A stretch of DNA of 33,503 nucleotides from Clostridiales bacterium (GTDB lineage Bacteria; Bacillota; Clostridia; Oscillospirales; Acutalibacteraceae), in assembly GCA_012511485.1 (NCBI GenBank), contig JAAZFZ010000111.1:1-33503 (forward strand), given 5' to 3'. The notes beneath the pieces are model-generated. The model worked only from the letters and a program-made list of their open reading frames with translations, was not told where the DNA came from and ran no database searches. Shown piece by piece: positions 25,033 through 33,503 of this stretch. Within the stretch, counting starts at the first letter, position 1; each line of letters opens with the position of its first letter. The position numbers and the translations under genes were made by a program.

Positions 25033-25896
25033 ATGTTTGAGCAGACAGTGCAGTGGTTCCCGGGCCATATGGCAAAAACCCGCAGGCTTATAAAGGAAAG
25101 CCTGCAGCTTGTGGACGCTGTGACTGAAATCCTAGATGCAAGAATCCCTAAAAGCAGCCAAAACCCAGAAATAGCCGAGCTCATCGGCTCAAAGCCCAGA
25201 ATTATACTTCTCAACAAATGTGACCTTGCGGACGAAACCGCCACAAGGCTTTGGATAAAGCATTTTGAAAACATCGGCGCCCATGCTTTGGCAGTCGACT
25301 GCAAAACAGGCAAGGGGCTCAATGCTTATGACCCGCTTGTGCGCAGTGTTCTGAGTGCGAAAATCAAGTCCAACGCTCAAAAGGGAATGGCAGGCAGAGC
25401 ATTGAGGGTAATGGTTGTGGGCATACCCAACACGGGTAAATCCTCCTTCATTAACAGAATGGCGGGCAGGAACCGTGCAAAGGTTGCCGACAAGCCAGGT
25501 GTAACAAGGCAAAATCAGTGGTTCGTTATAGGCGGAGGAATTGAGCTGCTGGACACTCCGGGAGTTCTCTGGCCGAAATTTGAGGACCCCGTTGTGGGCG
25601 ACAGGCTGGCGTTTATAGGCTCGGTCAAGGATACTATACTTGACAGTCAAGCAATGGCAGTAAGGCTTTTGGAGGTGCTCAAGACCTCCTATGCCGACAG
25701 ACTCAGGGAAAGATATAAAATAAACGATTTTTCGGGCAGAGAGCCCTTTGAAATACTCGAAATGATAGGCAAAAAAAGGGGTATGCTCATAAGCGGCGGC
25801 GAGGTTGACATCGAGCGGGCTAGTGTTATGCTGCTAGATGAATATCGTGAGGGAAGGTTAGGCTCAATCACACTTGAGATGCCGGAGGATAGTTAA
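25033..25896 (+). CDS. rbgA: Ribosome biogenesis GTPase A (YlqF/RbgA)
   Basis: QWFPGHMAKTRR, circularly permuted GTPase order (NKCDL before GIPNTGKSS), DTPG. Confidence 0.92.
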   Translation: MFEQTVQWFPGHMAKTRRLIKESLQLVDAVTEILDARIPKSSQNPEIAELIGSKPRIILLNKCDLADETATRLWIKHFENIGAHALAVDCKTGKGLNAYDPLVRSVLSAKIKSNAQKGMAGRALRVMVVGIPNTGKSSFINRMAGRNRAKVADKPGVTRQNQWFVIGGGIELLDTPGVLWPKFEDPVVGDRLAFIGSVKDTILDSQAMAVRLLEVLKTSYADRLRERYKINDFSGREPFEILEMIGKKRGMLISGGEVDIERASVMLLDEYREGRLGSITLEMPEDS

Positions 25897-25974
25897 TTAA
25901 AAAAAGCGGAGATAAGAATTTGCTTTTCTTTTTATTATCTTTCAAAAGCCTCTCGTTGGGGAAGGAAATCGGTT

Positions 25975-26571
25975 ATGGATTGGTTTTTATATGAAAAAGA
26001 GGCGAAAAAGCAGGGCTATTGCTCGGTTTGCGGGATTGATGAGGCGGGCAGAGGCCCTCTTGCCGGACCAGTATTTGCCGCTGCGGTTATTCTGCCCGAT
26101 GGCTGCGTTATTGACGGGCTCAATGATTCAAAAAAGCTGTCCCCTAAAAAAAGGGATGAGCTGTTTGAAATTATCAGAGAAAGGGCAGTTGCCTTCAGCG
26201 TTGATGCCGCAACGGAAAAGGAAATTGATGAAATCAATATTCTGCAAGCTACATTCCTTGCCATGAAGCGTGCGCAGGAGGGGCTGAAGATTAAAGCGGA
26301 TTATGCTCTGATAGACGGAAACCGTATGCCTCCTTTGTCCATACCTGCTATGTCGATTGTTAAGGGTGATTCACGCTCCTCTTCCATTGCCGCCGCCTCA
26401 ATTCTTGCGAAGGTGAGCAGAGATAGATATATGACTCAGCTTGATAAGCTTTATCCGCAGTATAAATTTGCACAGCATAAGGGCTACCCGACCGAGCTTC
26501 ACTACGAAATGATTGCAAAATACGGCATATCCCCTGTACATAGGCTCAGCTTTCTTAAAAAAGTAATCTAA
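25975..26571 (+). CDS. rnhB: Ribonuclease HII
   Basis: GIDEAGRGPLAGPV, DSKKLS, IDG, AASILAKV, GYP. Confidence 0.92.
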   Translation: MDWFLYEKEAKKQGYCSVCGIDEAGRGPLAGPVFAAAVILPDGCVIDGLNDSKKLSPKKRDELFEIIRERAVAFSVDAATEKEIDEINILQATFLAMKRAQEGLKIKADYALIDGNRMPPLSIPAMSIVKGDSRSSSIAAASILAKVSRDRYMTQLDKLYPQYKFAQHKGYPTELHYEMIAKYGISPVHRLSFLKKVI

Positions 26572-26583
26572 CGGAGAAAATCT

Positions 26584-26952
26584 ATGGAAAACACTAGATT
26601 TACAGGCTTATGGGGTGAGATTTTTGCCGCCAGATATCTGAGGGATCTGGGGCTGACAATTCTTTGTGCAAATTACCGCACAAGAAACGGCGAAATTGAT
26701 CTTATCGCCCAAGATGATGAATATATTATTTTTATTGAGGTGAAAACAAGGGGTGAAGGCGCTATTGCGCAGCCGAAGGAGTCTGTTGATTATTCAAAAC
26801 AGAAGAAGCTTTCGGTAACAGCGTTGGAGTTTTTGGGAAACAACCCTTATCAGATGAGCTGCCGCTTTGATGTTATTGAGGTTTTTCTTGATGAAAACTA
26901 CGGGTTGATAAAAATAAACCACATTAAAGACGCTTTTGAAGCGGCTATTTAA
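26584..26952 (+). CDS. yraN: YraN-family (UPF0102) endonuclease-like protein
   Basis: 122 aa. GEIDLIAQDDEYIIFIEVKTR. Position after rnhB as in many Firmicutes. Confidence 0.85.
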   Translation: MENTRFTGLWGEIFAARYLRDLGLTILCANYRTRNGEIDLIAQDDEYIIFIEVKTRGEGAIAQPKESVDYSKQKKLSVTALEFLGNNPYQMSCRFDVIEVFLDENYGLIKINHIKDAFEAAI

Positions 26953-26966
26953 GGGCGGTGGCAACA

Positions 26967-27898
26967 ATGAGGTTTTTTGACCTTCACTGCGACACTATTT
27001 CAGAGTGCTGCGGCAAGAAAAAAGAGCTTTATGACAATGAAATGAGCATATCAATCTGTAAAGGTAAATGCCTTGACAAGTGGTGCGAATTGTTCGCAAT
27101 TTGGATTCCCGATGACCTCAGAGGGCAAGCTGCAATTGACTATTTTGATGAGAACTACAAATACTTTTGCACCCAGATAGAGAAAAACTCCTTATATATC
27201 AAGCAATGCAGGACTTCTAATGAGCTGAAGGATACTATGGAGAGCAAAAAAATGCTGCCATTCTTACAGTTGAAGGAGGCTCGGCTGCGGCCGGCAGCTT
27301 GGCCCGTCTGGACTATCTGGAGAGTCTTGGTGTAAAGGCTATTACCCTTACATGGAATGGCTCAAACGAAATCGGTCATGGCTCTCGTTCCGGCTGTGAT
27401 GACGGGCTGACACCCTTCGGCAAGTCCTTTGTCAGGCGAATGGAAGAAAAAAAAATGGTTGTTGATGTGTCGCATCTCAATTTAAAAGGCTTTTTTGATG
27501 TTGCAAGAACCATTGACGCTCCGTTTATTGCAAGCCACTCAAACTGCGACGCTGTGCGCTCATATCCCAGGAACTTAAACGATGAGCAGTTGAAGCTTCT
27601 CATTGAGAGAAACGGTCTTTGTGGAATAAATTTCTGTGATTACTTTTTGAGTGAGGATAAAAATAACGGGCTTGAAGCCGTTTGCAGGCATATTTCTCAT
27701 ATTCTCGCTCTCGGTGGAGAGAAAATTCTGAGTCTTGGCAGTGATTTTGACGGTTGTAATATTAACCCCGAAATAGATTCGATTGACAAAATGCCTGCCA
27801 TGTACGATTATCTCATTTTTAAGGGCTTTGGCAAAAAAACGGTTGATGCTCTATTCTTTGATAACGCCTATAGGTTCTTCTCTGAGCAGATTGACTAA
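26967..27898 (+). pseudogene. Membrane dipeptidase (peptidase M19) split by a frameshift in an A7 run
   Basis: MRFFDLHCDT N-terminus in frame A. Frame B continues (K)NAAILTVEGGSAAAGSLARLDYLESLGVKAITLTWNGSNE...SHSN...GSDFDG. The frames switch at AAAAAAA 27245-27251. The track shows the two halves as 26958..27335 and 27299..27898 in different frames. Confidence 0.75.
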
Positions 27899-27915
27899 AT
27901 CTGAATAAAAAAACG

Positions 27916-27960
27916 GCTGTATCGGCTTATCTCCGTTTTGGAGAACTGATACAGCTTTTA
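27916..27960 (+). terminator. Rho-independent terminator after the dipeptidase gene
   Basis: GCTGTATC ... GATACAGC outer stem with inner CTCC-gtttt-GGAG stem, then TTTTATTG. A-run upstream, so possibly bidirectional. Confidence 0.65.
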
Positions 27961-28138
27961 TTGTTCAGCGGAACGGTCAAAACCTGACAATTCTGGAATG
28001 GTGCGAGCGTTAGCTGCAATCAAGCAGGGATATCACTCTGCACCCCTTTTTCAAAAATATTGTGGAATTATTATAAATTGTTGAACAAAACGCAACAAAT
28101 TTCTTGCCAATATACAATTACAAAAACGGCAATAGTGC

Positions 28139-28166
28139 TTTCAAGTTAAAAAATATATGTTATAAT
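28139..28166 (+). promoter_or_regulatory. Candidate promoter of purL (extended -10)
   Basis: TGT-TATAAT at 28158-28166 with a weak TTTCAA -35 region. Confidence 0.4.
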
Positions 28167-28201
28167 AAATAATGCAAAATTAAACGGAGGTATTTGTCTT
28201 A

Positions 28202-31200
28202 ATGGCTAATGTAATGAGGGTTTTTGTCGAAAAGAAACCGGGATTTGATGTTGAGGCCGGCCATATTCTTTCAGACCTGCGTGACACTCTTGGACTTAGC
28301 GAATTAACCTCACTGCGGCTTTTTAACAGATATGACATCGAAGGGCTCACAGGGGAAGAATTTGAGCTTGCCGCAAAGAATGTCCTTTCCGAAATAAATG
28401 TTGATAATCTTTATCCTGAATTGGAGCTTGAAGGCAAATGGCACATTTTCGCCTGCGAGTACCTGCCCGGTCAGTATGACCAGCGTGCTGATTCCGCTGC
28501 ACAGTGCATTGCGTTGCTCACGGGCGGTGAAAGGCCAGTGGTGCAGACGGCAAGGATATTCGCCCTTGAAGGTAATATTTCCGACGATACCTTTGATAGA
28601 ATCAAAAGCTACCTAATTAACCCGGTTGAATCACGTATAGCTTCAATGGATAAGCCCCAAAGCCTTGATATAAGGGCTGAAAAACCCGCAGATATTAAGA
28701 TAATTGACAGATTTATTAATATGAATCCTGATGAGATTGCACAGCTTCATAAGAACATGAGCCTTGCGATGAGCGTTGCTGATTTGGAGTTCTGCCAGAA
28801 CTATTTTGCACAGGAGGAGGGCAGGAATCCTACCTTTACGGAAATAAGAGTCATTGATACATACTGGTCAGACCATTGCAGGCACACAACATTTTTAACC
28901 CAGCTTGAAGGCTTTGAGGTTGAAGGCGGAAGGTTGTCAAAGCCCATTGAGGATGCCTGGAATGAATATAATACTACCCGAGCAAGAGTTTACGGCGAGC
29001 TTCAGAAAAAAATCACTCTTATGGATATTGCGACAATTGGCACAAAGCTAATCAAAAAGCGCGGGCTTGCAAGTGATATTGATGAAAGTGACGAAATAAA
29101 TGCCTGCTCAATAAATGCCGAAATAGACGTTTGCGGCGAAAAGGAGCCGTGGCTCATACAGTTTAAAAATGAAACGCACAACCATCCGACTGAAATTGAA
29201 CCCTTCGGCGGTGCTGCAACCTGTTTGGGCGGCGCAATAAGGGATCCCCTTTCAGGCAGGGCATATGTATATCAGGCAATGCGTGTTACCGGCAGCGGGA
29301 ACCCTCTGACGCCGTTTGAAAAAACGCTTGAGGGCAAGCTCCCGCAAAAAAAGATAACACTTGGTGCGGCACAGGGCTATTCATCCTACGGCAACCAGAT
29401 AGGGCTTGCGACCGGCCAGGTTTCGGAGCTTTATGATGAGGGCTATGTTGCAAAAAGAATGGAAATCGGAGCAGTTATCGGTGCTTCACCGAAAAAGAAT
29501 GTCCGCAGGGAAACACCGAGGGCGGGCGACATGGTGGTTTTGCTCGGCGGCAGAACGGGGCGTGACGGCTGTGGCGGCGCAACCGGCTCCTCAAAGGCGC
29601 ATGACACATCCTCTATTGAAACCTGCGGTGCAGAGGTTCAGAAGGGTAACCCGCCAACCGAAAGAAAGCTGCAAAGGCTTTTCAGGAACAGCGAAGCCGC
29701 ACATATGATTAAGCGCTGCAACGATTTTGGTGCGGGCGGAGTCTGCGTTGCTATTGGCGAGCTTGCGGAAGGATTAAAAATAGAACTCGATTCCGTGCCC
29801 AAAAAATATGAAGGGCTCGACGGCACCGAGCTTGCTATATCCGAATCTCAGGAGCGCATGGCTGTTGTGCTTGACCCCTGGGATGTCAAAAGGTTTTTTG
29901 AGCTTTCGCATGAAGAAAATCTTGAAGCAACCGTCGTGGCAATGGTCACTAACGAGCCTAGGCTTGTTATGAACTGGCGCGGCAAAACAATCGTCAATAT
30001 TTCAAGGGAGTTTCTGAATACAAACGGTGTTACTCAAAAGGCAAATGTCAGAATACGAAGCGTTAATGCAAATAAAAACTACCGTGCAGAGGTTCCGAAG
30101 GAGCTAGAGAACCTTGAAGATATAGATGCCCTGAGGGCAAATCTCAAAAGAATTGAGGTCTGCTCACAGAAGGGGCTTTCGGAGCGTTTTGACTCAAGCA
30201 TCGGAGCGTCAACGGTTCTTATGCCTTTTGCGGGAAAGTATCAGCTCACTCCGGAGGATGCCATGGTTGCCAAGGTACCTGTTCCCGGCGGAAAAACCGA
30301 TAGTGCAACCGCTATGAGCTATGGGTTTATCCCCGGTCTGAGCCGCTGGAGTCCTTTTCACGGTGCGGTCTATGCCGTCACACAGGCACTCGCTAAGCTT
30401 GCGGCAGTCGGTGCTGACCCGTTTAGGAGCCGGCTGACTATGCAGGAGTATTTTGAAAGGCTTAACGATGTTCCGGAGCGCTGGGGCAAGCCTGTCGCCG
30501 CCCTTCTCGGAGCATTGACTGCTCAACTCAATTATAATGTCCCCGCTATCGGCGGGAAGGACAGCATGTCAGGCTCCTTTAATGAACTGGATGTGCCGCC
30601 GACTCTTGTCTGCTTTGCCGTTTCAATGACAAAAGCATCGTTGACAGGCTCGGCTGCCTTTAAAGGTAACAGGTCAAGGGTTGTTATGCTCCCCCTGCCT
30701 GTTGACAGCGAAACCTCTCTCCCCGACTGGGAGAAGGTGATTCATCTCTACACTAAGGTTTCCTCCATGGTTCGAAGCTCTCAGATAACCGCAGCCTCCG
30801 TTATACATGAGGGAGGAGCTGCGGCGGCAGTGTGCCGAATGGCTTTCGGTGAGGGAAAGGGCTTCAAGTTCAGAAAAGGGCTCATAAAAGAAACGCTCTT
30901 TGCTCCTTTTTGCGGCTCATTTGTTGTCGAGCTTGCTGAAAACACAAACCTTGGAGAACTTGACTATATTGAGCTTGGCACAACCTGTGATGACGGATTA
31001 TTTGAATTGAGCGGCAAAAGCATTTCCGTGTTTGATTTGATTTCCGATTGGACAGGCACTCTCGAAAGCGTGTTCCCCACAAATTCGAACAAAACCGCAA
31101 GAATGTGGACTATACCTCCTTATAAAACTAGGTCAAATTCTGCTCCCTCAATAAAAACGGCGGTTCCCCGTGTTATAATACCGGTGTTCCCGGGCACGAA

Positions 31201-31960
31201 CTGCGAATATGACAGTGCCAGGGCATTTGAGGATGCGGGTGCTAGGGCTGAGATATTCGTTTTCAAAAACCTGACTCCTAAGGATATTGATGAGAGCATT
31301 GAGGCACTTGCCAGGGCGATTGACAATTCTCAGATAATAATGCTCCCGGGCGGCTTTAGCGCAGGCGATGAGCCTGATGGCTCAGGCAAATTTATTGCCA
31401 CTACTCTAAAAAACAGCAGAGTGTGTGACGCCGTCAACAGGCTGCTCAAGCAGAGGGATGGGCTTATTCTCGGCATATGCAACGGCTTCCAGGCGCTTAT
31501 TAAAACGGGACTTGTGCCATATGGCGAGATAGTTGACCTCAAGCCCGGCGACCCCACCCTTACATTCAACACTATAGGTAGGCATGTTTCTCAGATGGTT
31601 TATACGAGAATCACAAGCATTAAATCCCCTTGGCTTGCGGGTGTGAACGAGGGTGATATTCATGCCGTTCCCGTTTCGCACGGTGAGGGCAGGTTTGTGG
31701 CGGATGATAAAACAATTGCTCTTCTTTCGCAAAACGGACAGATAGCAACCCAATATGTTGACCTTCTTAATATACCCTGCGCCGAAATGCCCTATAATCC
31801 CAACGGCTCTGTCTGCGCTGTGGAGGGAATCACCAGCCCTGACGGCAGAGTGTTCGGCAAAATGGCCCACAGCGAAAGAAAAGGGCTTGATTTATATAAA
31901 AATATTCCCTACAACAAGAATCAAAAAATATTTGAATCGGGCATTAAATACTATAAATAA
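28202..31960 (+). CDS. purL: Phosphoribosylformylglycinamidine synthase, single-chain large form
   Basis: 1252 aa. NHPTEIEPFGGAATCLGGAIRD, C-terminal glutaminase domain with GICNGFQ and SHGEGRF. Confidence 0.95.
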   Translation: MANVMRVFVEKKPGFDVEAGHILSDLRDTLGLSELTSLRLFNRYDIEGLTGEEFELAAKNVLSEINVDNLYPELELEGKWHIFACEYLPGQYDQRADSAAQCIALLTGGERPVVQTARIFALEGNISDDTFDRIKSYLINPVESRIASMDKPQSLDIRAEKPADIKIIDRFINMNPDEIAQLHKNMSLAMSVADLEFCQNYFAQEEGRNPTFTEIRVIDTYWSDHCRHTTFLTQLEGFEVEGGRLSKPIEDAWNEYNTTRARVYGELQKKITLMDIATIGTKLIKKRGLASDIDESDEINACSINAEIDVCGEKEPWLIQFKNETHNHPTEIEPFGGAATCLGGAIRDPLSGRAYVYQAMRVTGSGNPLTPFEKTLEGKLPQKKITLGAAQGYSSYGNQIGLATGQVSELYDEGYVAKRMEIGAVIGASPKKNVRRETPRAGDMVVLLGGRTGRDGCGGATGSSKAHDTSSIETCGAEVQKGNPPTERKLQRLFRNSEAAHMIKRCNDFGAGGVCVAIGELAEGLKIELDSVPKKYEGLDGTELAISESQERMAVVLDPWDVKRFFELSHEENLEATVVAMVTNEPRLVMNWRGKTIVNISREFLNTNGVTQKANVRIRSVNANKNYRAEVPKELENLEDIDALRANLKRIEVCSQKGLSERFDSSIGASTVLMPFAGKYQLTPEDAMVAKVPVPGGKTDSATAMSYGFIPGLSRWSPFHGAVYAVTQALAKLAAVGADPFRSRLTMQEYFERLNDVPERWGKPVAALLGALTAQLNYNVPAIGGKDSMSGSFNELDVPPTLVCFAVSMTKASLTGSAAFKGNRSRVVMLPLPVDSETSLPDWEKVIHLYTKVSSMVRSSQITAASVIHEGGAAAAVCRMAFGEGKGFKFRKGLIKETLFAPFCGSFVVELAENTNLGELDYIELGTTCDDGLFELSGKSISVFDLISDWTGTLESVFPTNSNKTARMWTIPPYKTRSNSAPSIKTAVPRVIIPVFPGTNCEYDSARAFEDAGARAEIFVFKNLTPKDIDESIEALARAIDNSQIIMLPGGFSAGDEPDGSGKFIATTLKNSRVCDAVNRLLKQRDGLILGICNGFQALIKTGLVPYGEIVDLKPGDPTLTFNTIGRHVSQMVYTRITSIKSPWLAGVNEGDIHAVPVSHGEGRFVADDKTIALLSQNGQIATQYVDLLNIPCAEMPYNPNGSVCAVEGITSPDGRVFGKMAHSERKGLDLYKNIPYNKNQKIFESGIKYYK

Positions 31961-31964
31961 AACA

Positions 31965-32008
31965 ATTCAAAAAACGGCATAAAATAATTCAAAAAATGGC
32001 ATAAAATA
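31965..32008 (+). repeat. Tandem 22-bp direct repeat between purL and apgM
   Basis: ATTCAAAAAACGGCATAAAATA / ATTCAAAAAATGGCATAAAATA (1 mismatch), followed by a partial third copy AAATGGCAC. Confidence 0.8.
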
Positions 32009-32054
32009 AAATGGCACTAATTAATAAGTGTGGCAGAAATCAATGAGGTGCAAA

Positions 32055-33266
32055 ATGAAATACGCAATAGTTCTGTATGACGGAATGGCGGACTATCCAG
32101 TCCCGGCGCTCGGAGGCAAAACGCCCATGATGGTAGCCAGAAAACCGATTTTTGATAAGCTGGCAAAAAAAGGCGAAGTGGGGCTTGTGAGAACTGTTGC
32201 CGACGGGCTCAAGCCCGGCAGCGATGTTGCAAATCTCAGCGTGCTGGGATATGACCCCAAAAAATACTATACGGGGCGTTCCCCTCTTGAGGCTGTGAGC
32301 ATGGGTGTTGATATGGCTCAGAGTGATATAGCTCTGCGCTGCAACCTTGTGACGCTTTCAGATGAAGAGGACTATAACCAAAAAACAATGATTGATTATT
32401 CAGGCGGTGATATATCCTCCGCAGAGGCCGCAAAGCTGATTGAAGCTGTTGAGGACTTTTTCGGATGTGAAGAATTCGAATTTCACAGCGGGGTTAGCTA
32501 CCGTCACTGCCTTATCTGGCATTCGGGCACAACGGAGCTAGGTAATATGACTGCTCCGCATGATATTTCGGGAAGGGTTATCGGCGATTACCTTTCTACC
32601 TCCGAAAATGCAGGGTGTTTAATCAGAATGATGCGTGAGAGCTATGACCTGCTCAAGAACCATCCCGTAAATCAAAACAGAATTGCTCAAGGTAAGCGCC
32701 CCGCAAACTCCATCTGGCTTTGGGGTGAAGGCAAGCGACCTGCACTGCCGCTGTTTGAGGAGGAGTTCGGGCTCAAGGGCAGCATTGTTTCCGCAGTTGA
32801 CCTGCTCAAGGGTATCGGCATTTGTGCAGGCATGAATACGCCGGCCGTTGAGGGTGCGACGGGCTACATTGACACGAATTTTGAGGGGAAAGCCAGCGCA
32901 GCAGTTGAAGAATGGTGTAAAGGTCAAGACCTTGTCTATATGCATATCGAAGCGCCGGATGAGTGCGGTCACCGCAACGAGCCGGAAAATAAGGTGCGCT
33001 CAATTGAGCTTATCGATGAGAAGGTTTTGCCTATAATCCTTGATTATCTTGAATCTCAAGGCGCATACAAATTAATGATTCTGCCCGACCACCCCACACC
33101 GATTTCCACGGGAACCCATGCACGCGACCCTGTTCCGTACATGATGTATTGTAAAGGTGAAGAGCTTGACAGCGGTGTCGATTCAATTGATGAGAATAGT
33201 GCCGAAGCGACAGGCAATTTTATTGACTTCGGGCCGGATTTAATGAGGAAGTTTATAGTTTTTTAG
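32055..33266 (+). CDS. apgM: Cofactor-independent phosphoglycerate mutase, archaeal-type (ApgM / proposed-homoserine-kinase family)
   Basis: ATG 32055 with GAGGTG 5 nt upstream (track start 32028). MKYAIVLYDGMADYP, KPGSDVANLSVLGYDP, EAPDECGH, LPDHPTP. Confidence 0.85.
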   Translation: MKYAIVLYDGMADYPVPALGGKTPMMVARKPIFDKLAKKGEVGLVRTVADGLKPGSDVANLSVLGYDPKKYYTGRSPLEAVSMGVDMAQSDIALRCNLVTLSDEEDYNQKTMIDYSGGDISSAEAAKLIEAVEDFFGCEEFEFHSGVSYRHCLIWHSGTTELGNMTAPHDISGRVIGDYLSTSENAGCLIRMMRESYDLLKNHPVNQNRIAQGKRPANSIWLWGEGKRPALPLFEEEFGLKGSIVSAVDLLKGIGICAGMNTPAVEGATGYIDTNFEGKASAAVEEWCKGQDLVYMHIEAPDECGHRNEPENKVRSIELIDEKVLPIILDYLESQGAYKLMILPDHPTPISTGTHARDPVPYMMYCKGEELDSGVDSIDENSAEATGNFIDFGPDLMRKFIVF

Positions 33267-33287
33267 GATTAATCCGATATATATTAT

Positions 33288-33335
33288 GGCTGTATCAACA
33301 ACTCAGTTTGGAGCGTTGATACAGCCTTTGTTGTT
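33288..33335 (+). terminator. Rho-independent terminator after apgM
   Basis: Perfect 12-bp stem GGCTGTATCAAC / GTTGATACAGCC (33288-33299 / 33315-33326), then TTTGTTGTT. Confidence 0.75.
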
Positions 33336-33409
33336 GGAATAGTAAACCTTGTAAAAAGTAGTCAATACCGTTCCCTGTATTAATTAATTTTTAAGATTGC
33401 ATAAAAAAG

Positions 33410-33503
33410 TCAGCGTACCTTTTCAGTGAGAATAACCTCTCCCTCGTTTTTTCTTGATATCTCTGCCATTGATGCTATTTCGTGGCTGGGAATGGTGTTT
33501 TCG
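33410..33503 (-). CDS. 3' end of an unidentified minus-strand gene entering from the right edge
   Basis: Open frame ...ENTIPSHEIASMAEISRKNEGEVILTEKVR then TGA (33412-33410). Only 30 codons are visible, so this is weak. Confidence 0.3.
   Translation of the reverse strand, partial: ENTIPSHEIASMAEISRKNEGEVILTEKVR

Noticed and set aside
24837-25650. Minus-strand ORFs 24837..25322 and 25189..25650
   Set aside because: Antisense to lepB and rbgA, which have unambiguous motifs. No independent support.
27960-28201. Purine riboswitch upstream of purL
   Set aside because: I could not find the conserved purine-aptamer loops or junction sequence. Only a promoter-like extended -10 is visible.
32009-32030. 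Sigma-54 promoter at TGGCAC
   Set aside because: No TTGC(A/T) element at the required 4-5 nt spacing downstream.
1-33503. CRISPR arrays, transposases, integrases, prophage genes, rRNA
   Set aside because: No regularly spaced direct repeats and no ORFs with such signatures were seen on either strand.

Overview
A 33.5 kb chromosomal window from a spore-forming Firmicute, probably Clostridia (bofA and yaaL present, rplS-lepB-rbgA-rnhB-yraN synteny, single-chain purL). Taxonomy is an inference. Positions ~11.8-33.5 kb are ordinary housekeeping: a manA/ABC-F/uxaB/GNAT/Gfo operon, yaaL-bofA, tRNA-Val(GAC), proS, an ACP, a radical-SAM TIGR03960/TIGR03936-like pair, rplS, two lepB, rbgA, rnhB, yraN, an M19 dipeptidase, purL and apgM. 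The unusual part is the left 11.5 kb, a seven-gene minus-strand cluster. In transcription order it encodes a degenerate stand-alone EAL protein and a membrane-anchored TasA-like protein. Next come a secreted TasA-like protein with a SipW-type signal peptide and a 292-nt highly structured spacer. These are followed by a SipW-type signal peptidase, a membrane-anchored McrB-family AAA+ GTPase and a McrC/DUF2357-like partner. The partner has no recognisable nuclease; in its place is a ~230-aa E/R/K-rich helix built partly from 72-bp tandem repeats. The last gene encodes a giant (>1473 aa) GLUG-repeat surface protein that runs off the left edge and is absent from the ORF track. Two housekeeping genes look disrupted: the radical-SAM gene has an in-frame TGA followed by 135 well-conserved-looking in-frame codons, and the dipeptidase is frameshifted in an A7 run. 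No CRISPR array, transposase, integrase or rRNA was seen. All family assignments come from reading motifs by eye, with no database search. Hand-derived coordinates (RNA structures, promoters, corrected starts) may be off by 1-2 nt.
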